In this document: positions 25,215 to 28,843 of the stretch, one piece after another
Layout: every line of letters starts with the position of its first letter
Numbering within the stretch: the first letter of the stretch is position 1
Made by a program: the position numbers and the translations under genes
Notes under the pieces: model-generated
What the model was told of the DNA's origin: nothing
The model's input: the letters and a program-made list of their open reading frames with translations, nothing else
The model's database searches: none
NCBI GenBank assembly: GCA_963977445.1
Contig: CAXBPH010000064.1
Location: forward strand, 1 to 28,843
DNA from: an uncultured bacterium
Lineage (GTDB): Bacteria > Hydrogenedentota > Hydrogenedentia > Hydrogenedentales > JAEUWI01
DNA length: 28,843 nt
Reading direction: 5' to 3'

Positions 25215-25766
25215 TTACTTGATGGCTTTTATGGGCTGTAACACGAGACTCATGTTACGACCTTCCAAGCGTGAACCTGCGGGGTTATATTCACCCGTGC
25301 AAAGATCAGCTGTTTCTTCCACCACCTTGATAAGGATTTCTCTCCCGAACTCGGGGTGGGCCATCTCACGACCACGAAACATGATAGTTATCTTCACCTT
25401 GTTGCCTTCGGAAAGGAACTGGCGAACATGATTCGTTTTGTACGCAAAATCGTGTTTGTCGATTTTTGGACGGTATTTTATTTCCTTGACCGTTACCGTG
25501 TGCTGATTCTTGCGCGATTCACGGGCCCGGCGCTTCTGTTCATATTTGAACTTGCCGTAGTCCATGATTCGACAAACGGGTGGCACTGCGTTCGGCGCAA
25601 CTTCGACCAGGTCAAAGTCTTTGCTTTCCGCTTCACGAATCGCATCCTGAGGGGTCATAATACCCAACTGGTTGCCTTCGTCGTCGACCACGCGCACTTG
25701 ACGTGCACGAATCAACTCGTTCACACGGGTCTTGTCTTCTTCTCGTTTCATTGGTGGCCTGGCTAT
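25215..25766 (-). CDS. infC: Translation initiation factor IF-3, probable non-canonical ATA start
   Basis: RVNELIRA..VRVV, DLVEVAPNA.PPVCRIMDYGKFKYEQ, KEIKYRPKID.HD, IMFRGREMAH. In-frame ATA at 25766 lies 8 nt after GAGGAGG; ATG at 25751 is the alternative. Confidence 0.93.
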   Translation of the reverse strand: MARPPMKREEDKTRVNELIRARQVRVVDDEGNQLGIMTPQDAIREAESKDFDLVEVAPNAVPPVCRIMDYGKFKYEQKRRARESRKNQHTVTVKEIKYRPKIDKHDFAYKTNHVRQFLSEGNKVKITIMFRGREMAHPEFGREILIKVVEETADLCTGEYNPAGSRLEGRNMSLVLQPIKAIK

Positions 25767-25841
25767 GGGTAAAACCTCCTCGGGGACGAATCCCTGGTTT
25801 ACGTTGCACCCGCACTCAAAATGAACACGGGGTCCTGGACC

Positions 25842-25879
25842 AAAAAAAATCGGCGAAGGAGCCAGTCCTTCGCCGATTT
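25842..25879 (-). terminator. Terminator/attenuator-like hairpin upstream of infC
   Basis: Minus strand AAATCGGCGAAGGA-CTGGC-TCCTTCGCCGATTT followed by a T-run. Confidence 0.75.
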
Positions 25880-25902
25880 GGAATAGATCCACTTCGGGCA
25901 GC

Positions 25903-25911
25903 ATAATAACA
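25903..25911 (-). promoter_or_regulatory. Possible extended -10 promoter for the infC operon
   Basis: TGtTATTAT on the minus strand about 25 nt upstream of the hairpin. Confidence 0.4.
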
Positions 25912-26070
25912 CTGCTGCAGAACCCTACGAGCTGACCAAAGTCGCTGTGGGGTGAGGAACTGGTGTCCCTGCTTATTAAGATGATGCCAAAACATTCATC
26001 TCATTCACCCTAGTGTATCAAATGGCGGAGTGCGATGCAATCTTCCACCAAGTCATTCGTAAGCCGTCCC

Positions 26071-27456
26071 TTATGATGCCACATCGGCCTCCTTTTTCGG
26101 AGAAATGCCTACCAGCAGTACCGTCGCAGCAATACCCACCAGCATGCCCACCCAGGGACTGAAGACCGCCAGGCAGACTGCCGTAAGCAGCACCACGCCC
26201 CGTTCGATAGCCGTCCGGGGGATAGCCATGGCCACGTAGGCGCACGCGAAGCCTGTGAGCACCAGCGTGAGAGACAGGGCAACCCCCATGAGCGGCTTGA
26301 GCGCCGTCACCAGGGGAAGACACAGATACAAAACGGGAATGCCAAAAACATAATAAGAGTGGATCCCGCTGAACAAGCTGTCCATGGACTTCCGTCCGTC
26401 GGCCCAGCGCTGGACAATGACCACCTGAACACCCGTCCAAAGCGCACCCTGATAGGGGAAAAACGGCGCTACGAGGGCCATAACACCGTTGCGAATGGCC
26501 AAAGACAGGTGGCTTCGGTTGGAATTGATATCAATTTCTTCGTCGGGTCGCGCGCCCTTGGCCGCCTTGATGATTTCCGTGCCGGTGATAATGTCGCCAA
26601 ACAGGATGACATAACTCATCAGTGCCAGGGGGAACGCCTTCGCAAACATGCTTATGTCGGGCCAGCCCACCGAAAAGGGGGACATTTTTTCGATGGTTGA
26701 GGCAAGGGGAAGCCACAAAATGCCCCACTCAATCTGATACACCACCTCAGCCGGACCCTCGCGGAAGTATCCCGTGAGGGGGCCCACAAGGGCGGCCGTC
26801 AGGAAACCGGGCAGCAGCCCCAGACTCGCCAGAACGGCAAGCCATTTAATTTCCTTTTTATACCGCTGGACGGGTTCGGAAAAAATGAGCACCATACAGA
26901 CAACCAGCGCCGCCGTTGTCGTGATGGGCTGGGCGTTGATGAGTTTGTCCGCGTCGTCCAGGAAAACCCGTTTTAAGGCGGCAATCGCTGCACCGAGGAT
27001 AATACCGCCCTTCAATGCATCGGGAATCCAGGCGATAAATCGACTCCCCAATCCCGTGAGACCGAGTATCAGTAGGATGCCCGACAGGCATAGGGCTGCT
27101 GCCGTCATGAACTGCAGTCGAAGTTCGGGGGTGGCCAAATCCTCCCCGCTGATGGCCAGGAGCACCAGAGGCAGCGCGGGCGTCACCATGCCCGGCGCGT
27201 AGGGTTCTCCAAACAGGATAGGAGCGCTGCACAAAATGACGGACTGGATAAACATGCAGGCCACGGCTTCTTCGAAGCTCAGGCCAAGATAGTGCGTCAG
27301 AATCGGCACCGTTGCCAGTCCCGTTGCTCCCGCAACAAATATGCCCTGCAGTAAATCCTGCCATTCCAGGCGGGTGTGCCAGAAGGGGATACGGGCCGTA
27401 AAAGGCCCCCAGGGGATGCCGGGATGGGTGGAACCTGATTCTCGTTGGCGTGCCAT
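26071..27456 (-). CDS. Multi-pass membrane protein, probable permease (xanthine/uracil/vitamin C permease-like)
   Basis: About 460 aa with more than 10 hydrophobic segments; start set to MARQRE (27456) after GAGGAG. Substrate unknown. Confidence 0.75.
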   Translation of the reverse strand: MARQRESGSTHPGIPWGPFTARIPFWHTRLEWQDLLQGIFVAGATGLATVPILTHYLGLSFEEAVACMFIQSVILCSAPILFGEPYAPGMVTPALPLVLLAISGEDLATPELRLQFMTAAALCLSGILLILGLTGLGSRFIAWIPDALKGGIILGAAIAALKRVFLDDADKLINAQPITTTAALVVCMVLIFSEPVQRYKKEIKWLAVLASLGLLPGFLTAALVGPLTGYFREGPAEVVYQIEWGILWLPLASTIEKMSPFSVGWPDISMFAKAFPLALMSYVILFGDIITGTEIIKAAKGARPDEEIDINSNRSHLSLAIRNGVMALVAPFFPYQGALWTGVQVVIVQRWADGRKSMDSLFSGIHSYYVFGIPVLYLCLPLVTALKPLMGVALSLTLVLTGFACAYVAMAIPRTAIERGVVLLTAVCLAVFSPWVGMLVGIAATVLLVGISPKKEADVAS

Positions 27457-27721
27457 AAACCTGTCTCTCTCCTCGTTTCGTCGCGCCAAAAAGGCAGACG
27501 CGTTGCCATGGGACGCTCGGCGACTGCCACACCGGAGCGTTCGTTGCGAAGCAGTAACTTTAGCAGTGTTTATGAAAAATTGCCATAGCGCAGGTTTTGG
27601 GCGACGATAGTGCGGTGCTTCCTCTTGCGGCTCACATGAAAAAAAGGTAGAGTTAGAGACTGGAGCAACTATTCGGACGTGTGTGCCATGGGCACACCAA
27701 CCAATGGAATGGGATAGGGTC

Positions 27722-28657
27722 ATGGCCTCAAACGCCTCAGGTGTCCAGGGAATTCTTCTCGAAGCCGGTACCAATGAACTCGAACTACTGGTATTTAATT
27801 GTGGCGGCGTTACCTTCGGGATAAATGTAGCCAAAGTTAAAGAGATCATTCGCGCCGTAGAAACAATCAACATTCCCTGTGCGCCGCCGTCAATTGAAGG
27901 CAGTTTTAAGCTCCGGGAGGACGTGCTCTCGCTGGTCAATCTGGCCACCTACCTCGAATTGGAGCCCGCTGCAGAAGGAAAGCATGACCGACTCATCATC
28001 ATCATGGAGATGAATAATTTCCGCTGTGGCATCCTGATTGATTCCGTTGAGCATATTCACCGGATTCGTTGGGAAGACGTGGAACCGCCCTCGGGCTTTT
28101 TTGCAACCAGTGATACACCCATCACGGCAGTGGCGAAAATTGGGGAACGGGTAGTCCAGGTACTGGATTTTGAGACGATTACGGCATCCCTCTTCGGTCT
28201 CGGCGGTGCCGAGGCAGCGTTGCTGGATAAAATTGTTCCCATGCCCCCCTTTAAGGAGCTGCGGGTGCTCGCCGTAGACGATTCCCCGACGATTCGGATG
28301 ACCATGGGCAATGTCTTAAAGCATGCGGGCTTTGAAAACGTAACCCTGTGCAGCGACGGTCAGGATGCGTGGGAACGTATCGAAGGAGAGTTTAATGCAG
28401 ATGGCTCCATGTATGACTTGGTGCTTTCCGATATCGAAATGCCCCGCATGGATGGCCTCCACCTGACCCAACGCATCAAACGCCATCCCGAACTTGCCGT
28501 CGTGCCGGTGATTCTGTTCTCGTCGATTATTCGCGCAGAAACCATCAACAAGGGTAAGGCCGTCGGAGCAAACGGGCAAATCACCAAATTCGACGTAGAG
28601 GAACTCGTATCCGAAATCGTCCGCTGCATCAAGGAAGCCAAGGGCATCGAGGCGTAG
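27722..28657 (+). CDS. cheV: Chemotaxis protein CheV (CheW + receiver)
   Basis: ILLEAGTNELELL.F, FGINVAKVKEI (CheW-like); VDDS, DGQDAW, SDIEMPRMDGLHLT..IK, VILFSS, KF (receiver). Confidence 0.93.
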   Translation: MASNASGVQGILLEAGTNELELLVFNCGGVTFGINVAKVKEIIRAVETINIPCAPPSIEGSFKLREDVLSLVNLATYLELEPAAEGKHDRLIIIMEMNNFRCGILIDSVEHIHRIRWEDVEPPSGFFATSDTPITAVAKIGERVVQVLDFETITASLFGLGGAEAALLDKIVPMPPFKELRVLAVDDSPTIRMTMGNVLKHAGFENVTLCSDGQDAWERIEGEFNADGSMYDLVLSDIEMPRMDGLHLTQRIKRHPELAVVPVILFSSIIRAETINKGKAVGANGQITKFDVEELVSEIVRCIKEAKGIEA

Positions 28658-28843
28658 GCGTCGGGATTCGGCCCTCTACGGGAATTGTGATTTCTTGAGC
28701 GCCAAGGTCGCGCTCTATACCAGCCTGATGCGAAGCGCCAGGAATACTTTCCGAATTGAAGCTATGGAGTTATGGAGCGCCGACGGCTCGTCGGCATTAC
28801 GTCGAAGACGTAAAAATAACGAGCTGGATTTGATCGAGGTCTA

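Noticed and set aside
25767..25904. N-terminal extension of infC from ATG 25904
   Set aside because: It runs through the terminator-like hairpin, is not IF3-like, and the strong SD points to ATA 25766.
27457..27948. 164-aa N-terminal extension of the permease ORF
   Set aside because: It overlaps cheV on the opposite strand, and there is a good RBS and ATG at 27456.
28764..28843. Possible gene start running off the window end
   Set aside because: Only about 26 codons, with no clear RBS or recognisable motif.

Overview
GC-rich bacterial chromosomal window with PVC/Hydrogenedentota-like gene content (taxonomy is inference only). Left to right: a truncated minus-strand ORF ending next to a long hairpin; a cold-shock gene; prpB-prpC (methylcitrate cycle); a CE15-like esterase; a 7 x 100-bp tandem array carrying REP-like hairpins; a DUF1549/DUF1553 cytochrome c + DUF1501 pair split by a GxxExxY (PD-(D/E)XK-type) nuclease gene bracketed by two inverted-repeat doublets of a (NNCACGAAG)x3 motif; a large GH42-like secreted protein; a DUF4062-TM-TPR protein with an unrecognised C-terminal repeat; a third, gene-less copy of the doublet; a hypothetical gene; a sulfatase and two DUF1080 genes; an orphan HTH gene followed by a ~400-nt region that folds into a multi-branched + strand RNA; the infC-rpmI-rplT-hisA operon; a permease-like gene; and cheV. 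The two strongest discovery candidates are (1) the HTH gene + ~400-nt structured RNA at 22686-23635 and (2) the GxxExxY nuclease/repeat-doublet system, organised like RAYT/REPIN but with a different enzyme. All pairings were found by eye; no folding, HMM or database search was run, and family names come from motif recognition.
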